From Bacillota bacterium (GTDB lineage: Bacteria; Bacillota; Ch66; Ch109): 64,000 nucleotides of DNA. Position numbers and translations under genes: made by a program. The notes beneath the pieces were generated by a model, which ran no database searches, had not been told where the DNA came from, and saw nothing but the letters and a program-made list of their open reading frames with translations. The stretch covers positions 32,001 through 96,000 of the forward strand of contig JBMNLH010000002.1 of assembly GCA_050952625.1 (NCBI GenBank). The letters run 5' to 3'. Shown here piece after piece: positions 41,265 through 50,844 of the stretch; the stretch's first letter is position 1, and each line of letters starts with the position of its first letter.

Positions 41265-42563
41265 TTACCGCTTTTTTAAAGCGCGGTATCCAATATCTTG
41301 CCGGTAATGACAGCCAGCAAAATTGATGGTCGAGACTGCCTGGTATGCTGAAGCAATGGCTGTTTTAATATCTGACCCGAGAGCAGTTACCCCCAGGACC
41401 CGTCCTCCGTTAGTCACAATCCGTCCTTCATTTAAAGCTGTCCCCGCATGAAAGACCAGGGCTGATTTGGCTGCTTCCTCCAGACCCGTAATCACCCGAC
41501 CTTTGGGATAGCTTCCGGGATAACCCTCGGAAGCCATAACGACACAGACCGCCGCTTCCGGGAGCCAGGCAATTGACTGCTCTGCCAGATGACCTTCCAG
41601 GATTGCTTCAATTATATCCACTAAATCAGTTTTCAGCCGCGGTAAAATAACCTGGGTTTCGGGATCCCCAAACCGGGCGTTAAACTCTAATACTTTTGGT
41701 CCGGTCGGTGTGAGCATTAGCCCAGCGTAAAGTACTCCCACGTACTCCCGTCCTTCAGCCCGCAGGGCTTTGACGGTTGGCTCCAAGATTGTCTGAACTA
41801 CTTGATGATGAATCTGTTCGGTGTAAACCGGGGCTGGTGAATAGGCCCCCATCCCGCCGGTATTAGGTCCCTGATCACCATCAAAGACCCGTTTATGATC
41901 CTGAGCCGAAACCATCGGCACAACTGTTTGGCCATCGGTGAAGGCCAGGATGCTTACCTCTTCCCCTTCAAGGTATTCTTCAATTACCACCGAGTTACCG
42001 GCTTCGCCAAATACTCGATCCTCCATAATTAGCCGCAAGGCCTCTAAGGCAGTCGCCTCGTCCATCGCTACGGTAACTCCTTTACCAGCAGCTAGGCCAT
42101 CTGCTTTAACCACACACGGGGTTCCAATATCCTTCAGAAAAGCTACCGCCGGAGCCATCTCTTGGAAAGCGGCGAAACGAGCCGTCGGAATATTATACTT
42201 ACGCATAATCTCCTTGGCCCAAACCTTGCTGCCTTCAATCATGGCGGCCTCTAGCCGAGGACCAAAAACCCGAAGGCCGGCGGCGGCGAATTGATCAACT
42301 ATCCCCGCCACCAACGGTGCCTCTGGACCCACGATGGTGAGATCAACCTTTTCCTGTTGGGCTAGGTTTAGCAGGGCCGGGATGTCTTCTGCCCCAAGGT
42401 CGACTGTTTTGGCCAAGCCGGCAATACCCGCATTTCCCGGGGCACAAATAACTTCAGCCACCCGAGGGCTTTGTCTCAGTTTCCAGACAAGGGTATGCTC
42501 CCGGCCCCCACCGCCCACGACTAACACCTTAAGTCCGTCCTTCTTCAAACCCAACCGTTCCAC
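41265..42563 (-). CDS. purD: Phosphoribosylamine-glycine ligase
   Basis: GGGGREH, KADGLAAGKGV, QDHKR and FNARFGDPE motifs. Confidence 0.97.
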   Translation of the reverse strand: MERLGLKKDGLKVLVVGGGGREHTLVWKLRQSPRVAEVICAPGNAGIAGLAKTVDLGAEDIPALLNLAQQEKVDLTIVGPEAPLVAGIVDQFAAAGLRVFGPRLEAAMIEGSKVWAKEIMRKYNIPTARFAAFQEMAPAVAFLKDIGTPCVVKADGLAAGKGVTVAMDEATALEALRLIMEDRVFGEAGNSVVIEEYLEGEEVSILAFTDGQTVVPMVSAQDHKRVFDGDQGPNTGGMGAYSPAPVYTEQIHHQVVQTILEPTVKALRAEGREYVGVLYAGLMLTPTGPKVLEFNARFGDPETQVILPRLKTDLVDIIEAILEGHLAEQSIAWLPEAAVCVVMASEGYPGSYPKGRVITGLEEAAKSALVFHAGTALNEGRIVTNGGRVLGVTALGSDIKTAIASAYQAVSTINFAGCHYRQDIGYRALKKR

Positions 42564-42590
42564 CTTTCTCAGATTTACAATAGAAAAAAA

Positions 42591-44150
42591 TTAATGTTTA
42601 AAGTGCCTGATCCCGGTAAAGACCATGGCAATTCCATGCTCATCGGCCGCTTGGATACTCTCTTCGTCCCGCACCGAGCCGCCCGGCTGAATAATTGCCG
42701 TAATTCCGGCTCGCGCTGCCTCATCGACTGTATCCCGGAAGGGAAAGAAAGCGTCGGAAGACATTACTGCACCCTGAGCCTCGGCCCCAGCCTGCTCTAA
42801 GGCAATCCGCGCTGAACCGACTCGGTTCATCTGGCCGGCCCCCACACCTAGAGTCTGTTTGTTCTTAGTGACAACAATGGCATTAGACTTAACGTGCTTA
42901 ACCACCTTCCAGGCAAAATTAAGTTCTTCCCATTCAGCTGGGGACGGCTGACGCTTCGAAACAACTTTTAACTCAGCTGGGTTCAGATCAACTTGGTCTA
43001 CTTCCTGAACCAGGAAGCCGCCTTCTACGGTTTTAATTTCCCAAGAAACTTCCTGGGTCTGTAGATCAACCGCCATCAAGCGCAGGTTCTTCTTGCTTTG
43101 TAAAAGCTCCAGGGCAGCCGGAGCAAATCCAGGAGCGACGATAACCTCCAAGAAAATCTCACTCAAGGCTTTGGCGGTCGCTTCATCAATTGGTCGGTTA
43201 AACGCCACGATCCCGCCATAGGCAGACACTGGGTCCGCAGCCAACGCTGCCTGATAGGCCGGCAATAGTTCTTCTCGCTCAGCGGTTCCACAGGGATTGG
43301 TGTGTTTAACAATAACGGCGGCCGGTTTGGCAAATTCCTTAACTAAAGCCCAGGCCGCCTGAAGATCGACCAGGTTGTTAAAGGACAGTTCCTTGCCATG
43401 GAGCTGTTTCGCCTGTCCCAGGCCACCCGATAAATGGACGGTTCGATAAAAAGCCGCCCGCTGATGCGGATTCTCACCATAACGGAGGTCCTGTACCTTT
43501 TCGCCGATGAGTGTAAACTGAGTGGGAAAAACTGGCTGCTCAGTTAAATCCCCCTGCCCGGCGGCTATCAGTTGCTTATTCAGGTAGGCCGTTATATGCT
43601 GGTCATAATCGGCGGTATGGGCGAAAGCCTCGGCAGCCAGCTCCAGCCGCGTCATTAAAGGTACTTCACCGCTGGAGCGCAGATGTTCCAGAACCAGGCT
43701 GTACCGTTGCGGGTTAACCACGATCGTGACGTACTGGTAATTCTTCGCCGCCGCCCTGACCATGGTCGGGCCGCCAATATCGATGTTCTCGATCGCTTCG
43801 GTTAGAGTAACCCCGGGTCGGGCAATCGTTTCCCGGAATGGATAGAGGTTGACCACCACCAGATCAATTGGCGTTATCTGGTGCTCGGCTAACTGCGCCA
43901 GGTGGTCCGCTTCCCGGCGGGCTAAAATCCCCCCATGCACCATGGGATGCAGGGTTTTAACCCGACCTTCCAGGATTTCCGGGAAGCCAGTCACCGTGGA
44001 AACCGGCTGGACCGGCAAGCCCGCCTCCTGTAAGGTTTGGGCCGTACCGCCGGTAGAAACAATCTCCCAGTCCATCTCTACCAGACCACGGACAAATTCG
44101 ACCAGTCCAGATTTATTGGAAACACTCACTAAGGCTCGTCGTCTGGCCAC
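42591..44150 (-). CDS. purH: AICAR formyltransferase / IMP cyclohydrolase
   Basis: [31 protein letters not shown] and RHFKH motifs. Confidence 0.97.
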   Translation of the reverse strand: MARRRALVSVSNKSGLVEFVRGLVEMDWEIVSTGGTAQTLQEAGLPVQPVSTVTGFPEILEGRVKTLHPMVHGGILARREADHLAQLAEHQITPIDLVVVNLYPFRETIARPGVTLTEAIENIDIGGPTMVRAAAKNYQYVTIVVNPQRYSLVLEHLRSSGEVPLMTRLELAAEAFAHTADYDQHITAYLNKQLIAAGQGDLTEQPVFPTQFTLIGEKVQDLRYGENPHQRAAFYRTVHLSGGLGQAKQLHGKELSFNNLVDLQAAWALVKEFAKPAAVIVKHTNPCGTAEREELLPAYQAALAADPVSAYGGIVAFNRPIDEATAKALSEIFLEVIVAPGFAPAALELLQSKKNLRLMAVDLQTQEVSWEIKTVEGGFLVQEVDQVDLNPAELKVVSKRQPSPAEWEELNFAWKVVKHVKSNAIVVTKNKQTLGVGAGQMNRVGSARIALEQAGAEAQGAVMSSDAFFPFRDTVDEAARAGITAIIQPGGSVRDEESIQAADEHGIAMVFTGIRHFKH

Positions 44151-44173
44151 TTGAAAGCCCCCTTTATCTGACA

Positions 44174-44290
44174 TCAAAAGACTCCCACTTCTAAGCGGGG
44201 GTTACCTTGTTTAAACTTCAGGCAGAGTAGAGTCTCCATCTAAAGCCTCAATCTAAAGCCTCAATGTTCAGCACAGCTGAACGAGTTCAC
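44174..44290 (+). mobile_element. IS200/IS605-end-like mini-element, copy 2 (between purN and purH)
   Basis: TCAAAAGACTCCCACTTCTAAGCGGGGG...GCTGAACGAGTTCAC with an internal 13-bp duplication; terminal TCAC overlaps the purN stop. Confidence 0.72.
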
Positions 44291-44916
44291 TCCCACTCTT
44301 TAAGCCTTACCCGGCGGCCTTCGATTTGGATTAGGCCTCTAGCGATTAAATTCAGTGCTTGAGGGTAAAGCTGGTGTTCTTGCACCAAGATTCGCTCGGC
44401 CAAGGTTTCCTCAGTATCATTTGCTTGGACCGGCACCACGGCCTGGAGGATAATTGGCCCGGTATCCATCCCTTCATCCACAAAATGCACCGTGCACCCA
44501 CTAAAACGCACCCCATACTCAATGGCTTGCCGCTGGGCATGCAAGCCCGGGAAAGACGGCAACAAGGCTGGATGAATGTTGACAACCCGGTTGGGAAATC
44601 GTTTCAGAAACGTACTCCCCAGTATCCTCATGTAACCAGCCAAAACCACCAAATCCGCTTGACTATCCTCACAAACCTCAACCAAACGCTGCTCATACTC
44701 GTTTTTCGTGCTATACTCCGCTGGTCGAAGCGACACCGCCGGGATCCCCTCCTGCCGGGCCCGTTCCAAGGCCAGTGCCTCCGGATTATCGCTGATTACT
44801 ACCACAACCTGAGCGGCCAGGGTGCCGTTTTTGATCGAATCAATGATTGCCTGCAGGTTTGACCCCCGTCCTGAGGCCAAAACGGCCAGACGCAACAGCG
44901 ATTTATCAGAACCCAT
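44287..44916 (-). CDS. purN: Phosphoribosylglycinamide formyltransferase
   Basis: SGRGSNL, LAGYMRIL, NIHPALLP and DTGPII motifs. Confidence 0.97.
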   Translation of the reverse strand: MGSDKSLLRLAVLASGRGSNLQAIIDSIKNGTLAAQVVVVISDNPEALALERARQEGIPAVSLRPAEYSTKNEYEQRLVEVCEDSQADLVVLAGYMRILGSTFLKRFPNRVVNIHPALLPSFPGLHAQRQAIEYGVRFSGCTVHFVDEGMDTGPIILQAVVPVQANDTEETLAERILVQEHQLYPQALNLIARGLIQIEGRRVRLKEWE

Positions 44917-45286
44917 GGATAATCTCACCCATAGATTCATCCAAAGCGTCAATCATTTTACTGATTGTCTGCGCTTCAACCATTTGCGGGCTGAAATCCG
45001 GATCTTTTCGCAAGTTATCATAGACTATCCGCATCAGATTATAAAGGTGTTTAGCTTCTTCCGCGGTAAATTCAACCACCACTTTATAAGTAGGCTGACT
45101 TAGTTCTTCCCAATCTTCTTCCTCGTCGGCCAACAACTGCGCCGGGATTGCTTCTTCGTTAATCTCCAGGATCTTCACCTGTTCCCGGCCCGTTAGGAAT
45201 CGGCTCATTATCTCAGCCTTAGCTTCTTCTTCACTCTTGGCATCTACCACTACCTCAACCACTACTCGAAAACGATTTGTCGCCAC
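44906..45286 (-). CDS. Hypothetical acidic protein within the pur operon
   Basis: RBS AGGAGG; 3' end overlaps the purN start; no recognised motif. Confidence 0.7.
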   Translation of the reverse strand: MATNRFRVVVEVVVDAKSEEEAKAEIMSRFLTGREQVKILEINEEAIPAQLLADEEEDWEELSQPTYKVVVEFTAEEAKHLYNLMRIVYDNLRKDPDFSPQMVEAQTISKMIDALDESMGEIIHGF

Positions 45287-45395
45287 TGTTTGCTTCCCTC
45301 CTTAATTATTAAAAATTATTAACAAACCTGCAGGACAGAAGGACGGGTAATATAAATAATCATATAAAATCTGCGGCCAAAAATCCACGGCTGAA

Positions 45396-46454
45396 TCAGC
45401 CCTCGCCCTCAGCCGGCATCAGGTCCACCCCGGTCTCTCCCCTGACGATTTCCCCGACGCGGTAGGCGGGTTCGCCTTTATCCAGCAGGTAATCCAAAAC
45501 CCCACCCGCTTCACTGCTCGGCACCACCAAGACCATTCCTAATCCCATATTAAAGGTTCGAAACATCTCTGGCTCTGCCACCGGCCCCCGCTCCTGAATC
45601 AAAGAGAAGACTGGTGGAACCGGCCAACTCCCGAGCTGGAAACGCGCCCTCAGGCCGGTCGGCAGGACTCGGGGGACATTTTCCACCAATCCGCCCCCGG
45701 TGATATGGGCTAAACCAAGTAAAGTAAAATGGCCTAACAAGTCCTTCACCAACCGGGCGTAAATACGCGTCGGGGTCAATAACTCTTCACCAACTGTTTG
45801 GCCCAGCTCGGGCAGATAGTCATTAAGCCCCAAACCGGCTACCTCCAGCAAAACCTTTCTGGCCAGTGAATAACCGTTGCTGTGCAGCCCGCTGGAAGCT
45901 AGGCCGATTAGACAGTCACCGGCTTTGATTTTAGATCCATCAATGATTTTGGGCTTATCCACCACCCCAACGGCGAACCCGGCAATATCATAATCCTCGG
46001 CCGCATAGAAGCCCGGCATCTCCGCTGTTTCCCCGCCGATTAAAGCACAGCCGGCTTGCCGGCAGCCCTCAGCCACCCCGCTGACAATAGCCGCGACCTG
46101 CTCCGGCTGCAGCTGGCCGACAGCCAGATAGTCGAGGAAAAACAAGGGTTCGGCTCCATAAACAATAATGTCATTCACACACATGGCGACCACGTCGATA
46201 CCAATTGTTTCATGACGCTTCATCAACTGGGCAACCCGGAGCTTGGTTCCTACGCCATCAGTCCCAGAAACCAGCACTGGCTCCTGATACTGCCCGGCAT
46301 TTAAGGCAAACAGCCCGCCAAATCCTCCGACATCCTGCAATACCTCCGGTCGCCAAGTTGCCTTAACCCGCTGTTTAATCAAATCAACCGCCCGATTGCC
46401 CGCGGTTATATCTACCCCCGCTTCCCGGTAGGTTATGCTTTTGCTCTGGGTCAA
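45396..46454 (-). CDS. purM: AIR synthetase
   Basis: [23 protein letters not shown] and HITGGG motifs. Confidence 0.97.
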   Translation of the reverse strand: MTQSKSITYREAGVDITAGNRAVDLIKQRVKATWRPEVLQDVGGFGGLFALNAGQYQEPVLVSGTDGVGTKLRVAQLMKRHETIGIDVVAMCVNDIIVYGAEPLFFLDYLAVGQLQPEQVAAIVSGVAEGCRQAGCALIGGETAEMPGFYAAEDYDIAGFAVGVVDKPKIIDGSKIKAGDCLIGLASSGLHSNGYSLARKVLLEVAGLGLNDYLPELGQTVGEELLTPTRIYARLVKDLLGHFTLLGLAHITGGGLVENVPRVLPTGLRARFQLGSWPVPPVFSLIQERGPVAEPEMFRTFNMGLGMVLVVPSSEAGGVLDYLLDKGEPAYRVGEIVRGETGVDLMPAEGEG

Positions 46455-46502
46455 GCAACTCACCCACTTTCCCACTTCGAAACTACTTAATTAAGAGGCT
46501 AC

Positions 46503-46600
46503 GCTTGTGTTATCACTCAGCCAGCCGGTTAGGCTGGGAACGAAAACAAATAAGAGTAACTGCCAATCGCTGACCTCCATTAAACACGGCACGATCCTGG
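46503..46600 (+). repeat. REPIN-like dispersed repeat, solo copy
   Basis: GCTTGTGTTATCACTCAGCCAGCCGG..CTGGGAACGAA...GCCAATCGCTGACCTCCATTAAACACGGC matches the reverse complement of the 189-bp unit. Confidence 0.8.
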
Positions 46601-46669
46601 TTTTTCATTCTCGGCTAGCACTGATTAGCGGCATGGAAGTCTGCTTTGAAAATAACTGCGCCGGTCTTT

Positions 46670-48187
46670 TTAGATCGGGTATTTGCCGGAGAAGCAGGCA
46701 TCACAGAAATCCTGCTCTTTGCCGGGAAAACAGGAACGTAAACCCTCGGGGCTGAGATAGGTCAAACTGTCCGCTCCGATAAATTCACGAATCTGTTCTA
46801 CATTCATCCGGGCGGCAATCAAATCTTCTTCCGTGGTATCAATTCCATAGTAACAGGAATGCATGGTCGGGGGGGAACTGATGACCATATGGACCTCGGT
46901 CGCCCCGGCTTCCCGCAGCATCCTGACGATCTGGCGGCTGGTCGTCCCCCGGACAATCGAATCGTCCACCATGATTACTCTTTTCCCGCGCACGGTTTCT
47001 TTGACTGGGTTTAGCTTCAGTCTTACCCCTAGGTTCCGCAATGACTGTGAAGGCTGAATAAACGTCCGTCCAATATAGCGATTCTTCATCAACCCCTCTT
47101 CAAAGGGCAGGCCTGACTCCTGAGCATACCCCAGGGCGGCCGGGGTCCCTGAGTCCGGCACACTGATGACCAGATCGGCGTCAATCTTTCGCTCCCGGGC
47201 CAACTGCCGTCCCATCTCCCGGCGAACCCGACCGACATTGATTCCATCAATGGTGCTATCTGGCCGAGCAAAGTAGACAAATTCAAAAATGCAAGCTGCT
47301 TTGGGGTTAGCCGGTAAAATATGATGCGAGGTCATGCCATGCTCATCAATCACCAGGATTTCTCCTGGTTCGAGATCCCGAAGATACTCAGCCCCAACTG
47401 TGTCCAGGGCACAGGTTTCAGAGGCAATAACATAACCCTCGCCTAGCCGACCGACACACAGCGGCCGGACCCCATAGGGATCCCGTACCCCGATCAGTTT
47501 TCGCTCATTTAACACTACTAATGAATAGGCTCCCTTAATATCAATCATACACTTCATCAAGGCCTCTTCCAAACTATTCTGCGAGTAGCGGGCAATCAAG
47601 TTGGCAATAACCTCACTGTCTGTTGTTGATTGAAAAACCGAGCCTTGGGCCGCCAACATTTGCTGCAGCTCCGCCGTATTGGTCAAGTTGCCATTGTGGG
47701 CCAGGGCCACGGACCCCTGAAGATAGCGGAAAAGCAAGGGCTGAGCATTAACCGGCTCACTGGTCCCGGTGGTCGAATACCGGACATGCCCAATCGCGGC
47801 AAACCCCCGCAGGTTATCCAGGCTCCGGCTTTCATTAAATACCTCAGAAACCAAACCCATATCCTTATATATCCGAATTCGGCTGCCGTCCGTAACCGCA
47901 ATCCCGGCACTTTCCTGCCCCCGGTGCTGTAAGGCCAGCAGTCCATAATGGGTTATCTGGGCTGCCTGCTGGTCACTTCCGTTGATCAGGGAAACCTCGG
48001 CACATGGCCCAGGCGACTCAGCGTCATTGGCCCATCTGTTTTCACCGTTAATCGCCGCTTGATTCTTTGACTGATTAGCCGGCAGATAGATGCCGAAGAG
48101 ACCGCAAGCTTCTTTCAGCTTATCTGGACGGTCAAAACACTCATTTTTATAACTATCTTCGGGATAATCTATACTTAACTTAAACAT
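46670..48187 (-). CDS. purF: Amidophosphoribosyltransferase (with N-terminal insertion)
   Basis: EACGLFG, LQHRGQESAG, GHVRYST and VDDSIVRGTT motifs. Confidence 0.97.
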   Translation of the reverse strand: MFKLSIDYPEDSYKNECFDRPDKLKEACGLFGIYLPANQSKNQAAINGENRWANDAESPGPCAEVSLINGSDQQAAQITHYGLLALQHRGQESAGIAVTDGSRIRIYKDMGLVSEVFNESRSLDNLRGFAAIGHVRYSTTGTSEPVNAQPLLFRYLQGSVALAHNGNLTNTAELQQMLAAQGSVFQSTTDSEVIANLIARYSQNSLEEALMKCMIDIKGAYSLVVLNERKLIGVRDPYGVRPLCVGRLGEGYVIASETCALDTVGAEYLRDLEPGEILVIDEHGMTSHHILPANPKAACIFEFVYFARPDSTIDGINVGRVRREMGRQLARERKIDADLVISVPDSGTPAALGYAQESGLPFEEGLMKNRYIGRTFIQPSQSLRNLGVRLKLNPVKETVRGKRVIMVDDSIVRGTTSRQIVRMLREAGATEVHMVISSPPTMHSCYYGIDTTEEDLIAARMNVEQIREFIGADSLTYLSPEGLRSCFPGKEQDFCDACFSGKYPI

Positions 48188-48479
48188 CTGGGAATTCCCT
48201 CCTGCCATACCCGAGTTAGAGTTTCAATAGTTAGTTCAATGGGGTTCGCTTGGGGACCCCAGATTCTTAATTGATCACCGCCCACCGGGCCAATGACCGT
48301 CGTTGGAAGGCCCTTGCGCCTGATAAACTGCTGCACCCGTTCCAAATAGTGTTCTACCCCTCACTTCCGAAATTGTGAATCGTGAAACGGCAAAATGGAG
48401 TTCCATGACCTCCATTGCCTTTTTCGCTTTATTCTTGGCTGAGGATCTGGCCAACCGATGATTCATGGCCATAGATAAA

Positions 48480-48656
48480 TTATCTTGTGTCCTTCCTGGT
48501 AAAGTGTAAACAGGGCTGGCCTGAAGTCCGCCGAACTACCGCGACCGGGATCTCCTTGGTTTTGAAGCGCATTGCCCGACAACCTCTAGGAAATTTCGGA
48601 TCCCAGGTGATATAAAAATGTCGACATTTGAAACAATTAGGTTGAATCTGTTTCAT
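48480..48656 (-). CDS. Small Cys-rich protein, 58 aa (NCxxCxHFYITWDxxFPxGC)
   Basis: Manual translation MKQIQPNCFKCRHFYITWDPKFPRGCRAMRFKTKEIPVAVVRRTSGQPCLHFTRKDTR; below the ORF-track cutoff. Confidence 0.8.
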   Translation of the reverse strand: MKQIQPNCFKCRHFYITWDPKFPRGCRAMRFKTKEIPVAVVRRTSGQPCLHFTRKDTR

Positions 48657-48696
48657 AGTTTTTACCCATTTCCGACAGGGTATAGCGTTCGATCAC
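48637..48696 (-). pseudogene. purB: purB 5' remnant
   Basis: GTG start overlapping the purE stop; MIERYTLSEMGK matches the adenylosuccinate lyase N-terminus, then the frame stops after 19 codons. Confidence 0.85.
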
Positions 48697-49220
48697 TTCG
48701 TCCCCATCCCCTTTAAATAACCGTCTATGCCTAACTGAGCCAGGCACTCAGCCTTAGCCTCCACCTCTTGACTCTGGTCCTGTTTCAACTTTCTGACTTG
48801 TTCTCGAATCGCCGGATACTTCACGCCCAGGATTTGCACCGCCAGAATCGCCGCATTTTTTGCCCCATTAATACTAACCGTAGCCACTGGTACCCCGGCT
48901 GGCATTTGCACCATCGAATACAAAGAATCTACTCCACTCAGGGTACTGGTCTTCATGGGCACCCCAATTACCGGCAAAGTCGTCCAGGCAGCAATTACTC
49001 CACCCAGATGGGCGGCCCCACCAGCCGCCGCAATGATCACCTCAAGACCCCTCGTTTCAGCGGAAGCCGCATACTCTTCCGCCCGGGTCGGCGTCCGGTG
49101 GGCTGAGGCAATTGTTAGCTCATAAGGCACCCCTAGCTTATCTAGTGTCCGGGTTGCCTCTTGCATTACCGGCAGATCTGAATCACTACCAATCACTATC
49201 CCCACCATAGGCTTGTTCAC
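48693..49220 (-). CDS. purE: N5-CAIR mutase
   Basis: GSDSD, SAHRTP, AAHLGG and QMPAGVPVATV motifs. Confidence 0.97.
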   Translation of the reverse strand: MNKPMVGIVIGSDSDLPVMQEATRTLDKLGVPYELTIASAHRTPTRAEEYAASAETRGLEVIIAAAGGAAHLGGVIAAWTTLPVIGVPMKTSTLSGVDSLYSMVQMPAGVPVATVSINGAKNAAILAVQILGVKYPAIREQVRKLKQDQSQEVEAKAECLAQLGIDGYLKGMGTK

Positions 49221-49377
49221 TGAACACCCGTCCTTCCGTCTTAGAAATAGCTAAACTCTAAATAAATGAGATAACTCGGAATAAGATAACTCGGTTAGTA
49301 GACTAGGTTTTTCATTCTCTATTTGTGCCGCCCCGACGGCCTGGAGGATCTATCCCGAAAATAAATCTTGCCAAATC

Positions 49378-49434
49378 AAATAGCCCAGGAGGTAGATTTC
49401 GCCGCTCAACAGGGAAACCTACCCGTCTGGGCTT
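49378..49434 (-). terminator. Riboswitch expression-platform terminator
   Basis: AGCCCAGACGGGTAGGTTTC pairs with GAAATCTACCTCCTGGGCT, followed by a U-rich tract. Confidence 0.7.
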
Positions 49435-49548
49435 TTATCCCTTCGGTGTAACGAGTTACGACCCGTCTGTACCACTTGGACCGAACCCTTCTCAATATCC
49501 CAATCTAATATAGAATAAAGAAGGTGGAACCCTAGGTACACTTTCGCC
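49412..49548 (-). ncRNA. ykkC-yxkD family riboswitch, probably PRPP-sensing (subtype 2b)
   Basis: GAAAGTGTACCTAGGGTTCC...GGTCCAAGTGGTACAG...ACACCGAAGGGATAAAAGCCCAGACGGGTAGGTTTC upstream of purE. Confidence 0.88.
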
Positions 49549-49646
49549 TGATTGGTCGGGAAAAAGGCCGGTCGGGACACCGACTCAGTTCCTCCCTACC
49601 AATATAGTTTGAAAACTTAACAGGCATTGATCACCTATTCTCCTTT

Positions 49647-49675
49647 ATCGTAGCAAAGCATTTCTCACGTGTCAA
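49647..49675 (-). promoter_or_regulatory. sigma-A promoter of the pur operon
   Basis: TTGACA-N17-TACGAT. Confidence 0.7.
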
Positions 49676-49725
49676 CCTGGTCAGACTTTAAAAAATTATT
49701 TATACAAATTTCGACAGGCCCACGA

Positions 49726-49770
49726 AAAAGCAACCGGAGGTCTGCGGACTTCCCCGGTTGCTTTCTTCTT
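49726..49770. terminator. Bidirectional terminator hairpin
   Basis: AAAAAGCAACCGG...CCGGTTGCTTTCTT. Confidence 0.65.
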
Positions 49771-49854
49771 TCCTATGTTCGTTAGTTGCCTATGCACTAT
49801 GACAAAGACCGAGTTGAAAAGAAAAGCTTTCTTCTCTCCTATGTTCGTTAGTCG

Positions 49855-50195
49855 CTACCATCTTTCTTCAATAGAATCATATATAAGACCGATACCACCT
49901 ACCGCCAGTATCGGCCCGAAAACAATCCCAAATGCCGCTAATCCAACTCCAAACATCCCACCGGCCACATCTTCCAGATCCGCATCAGAAAGTTGCCCAT
50001 CTGGACTGGCCTGTGCCTTTTCCACATACTTGACCAGGGCCTCTCTTATCTCGTTAATTTCCGCCAAACTAAAGTCGATCCCCTGTTCTTTTAAAAGTGC
50101 TGCACCTCTTCCGGCGTCTCCAGACTAAATAACTTCTCCACTAAACTCCGGTCCGCCTCCAGCTTTGCCTGCAGTTGTTTAATTTTTTCTTCCAT
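49855..50195 (-). pseudogene. Nif11-like leader / double-glycine peptide precursor with a 1-bp frameshift near 50098
   Basis: RBS AGGAGG; MEEKIKQLQAKLEAD..ETPEEVQ/ALLKEQGIDFS..LSDADLEDVAGG followed by a 33-aa Gly-rich hydrophobic core. Confidence 0.8.
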
Positions 50196-50223
50196 TTTGT
50201 ATTACCTCCTTTTTTATTTTAAA

Positions 50224-50334
50224 TCAAAGATTCGGATAACATTTTCTTGATGTAATCAATATATCAACAAGCTTACCTCCGCCATATTTTCCAGGTCTCC
50301 AGCTTTGCCTGCAATTGTTTAATTTTTCTTCCAT
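50224..50334 (-). pseudogene. Second, internally deleted precursor paralog
   Basis: Near-identical first ~38 nt to the 50195 gene, joined to a DLENM(A)GG-like site and a different short core. Confidence 0.65.
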
Positions 50335-50649
50335 TTTGCATCAACCTTCCTTTGAAGTCTGAGTACACTTTTACATCAAGCAAATTGCCCCGTTACTTCT
50401 TTATACAACGGAGGGAAAAAAGTAGCACACTTTCGTCAATTTACATATTAATCATCAATGTTCTAGTCGTAGAGTTATCTTTTCTGCCTGATAATTATCT
50501 CTAATGTTACCAATAGTTTCTCATTTTTCAAATATACAGCCATCCACAAATGGACTCTTTTCTTGTAAATCGGACTAATTACGCCATAAATTTAACTTTT
50601 TATAGCTTTTACTCAATACAAAAACCCCCAGTTCACTATAAGTGAGGAT

Positions 50650-50823
50650 GGCTCGTCTTACTTCAGCTGCACTTGCTATAGGCGATGAATAGTTATCCTT
50701 CAGCCTCAGGTGGTATTTCTGGATATCAGTATGCCTGAAATGAGTAGCCTTTACCTGGCGGAACATATCATCAAGACATATAAACCCACTTTAAAAAGAA
50801 AACCTGCTTCTTTAGCAGGTTGA
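50650..50823 (+). pseudogene. Response-regulator receiver-domain fragment
   Basis: LQPQVVFLDISMPEMSSLYLAEHI reads as a receiver D-x-x-MP motif; no intact start. Confidence 0.6.
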
Positions 50824-50844
50824 GATGTCCCAAGTTGTTCTTTG

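Noticed and set aside
48275-48472. 65-aa ORF between purF and the small Cys protein
   Set aside because: No RBS or recognisable motif; could be remnant DNA but unsupported
50575-50766. 63-aa minus-strand ORF
   Set aside because: The opposite strand carries a recognisable receiver-domain fragment, so this is a shadow
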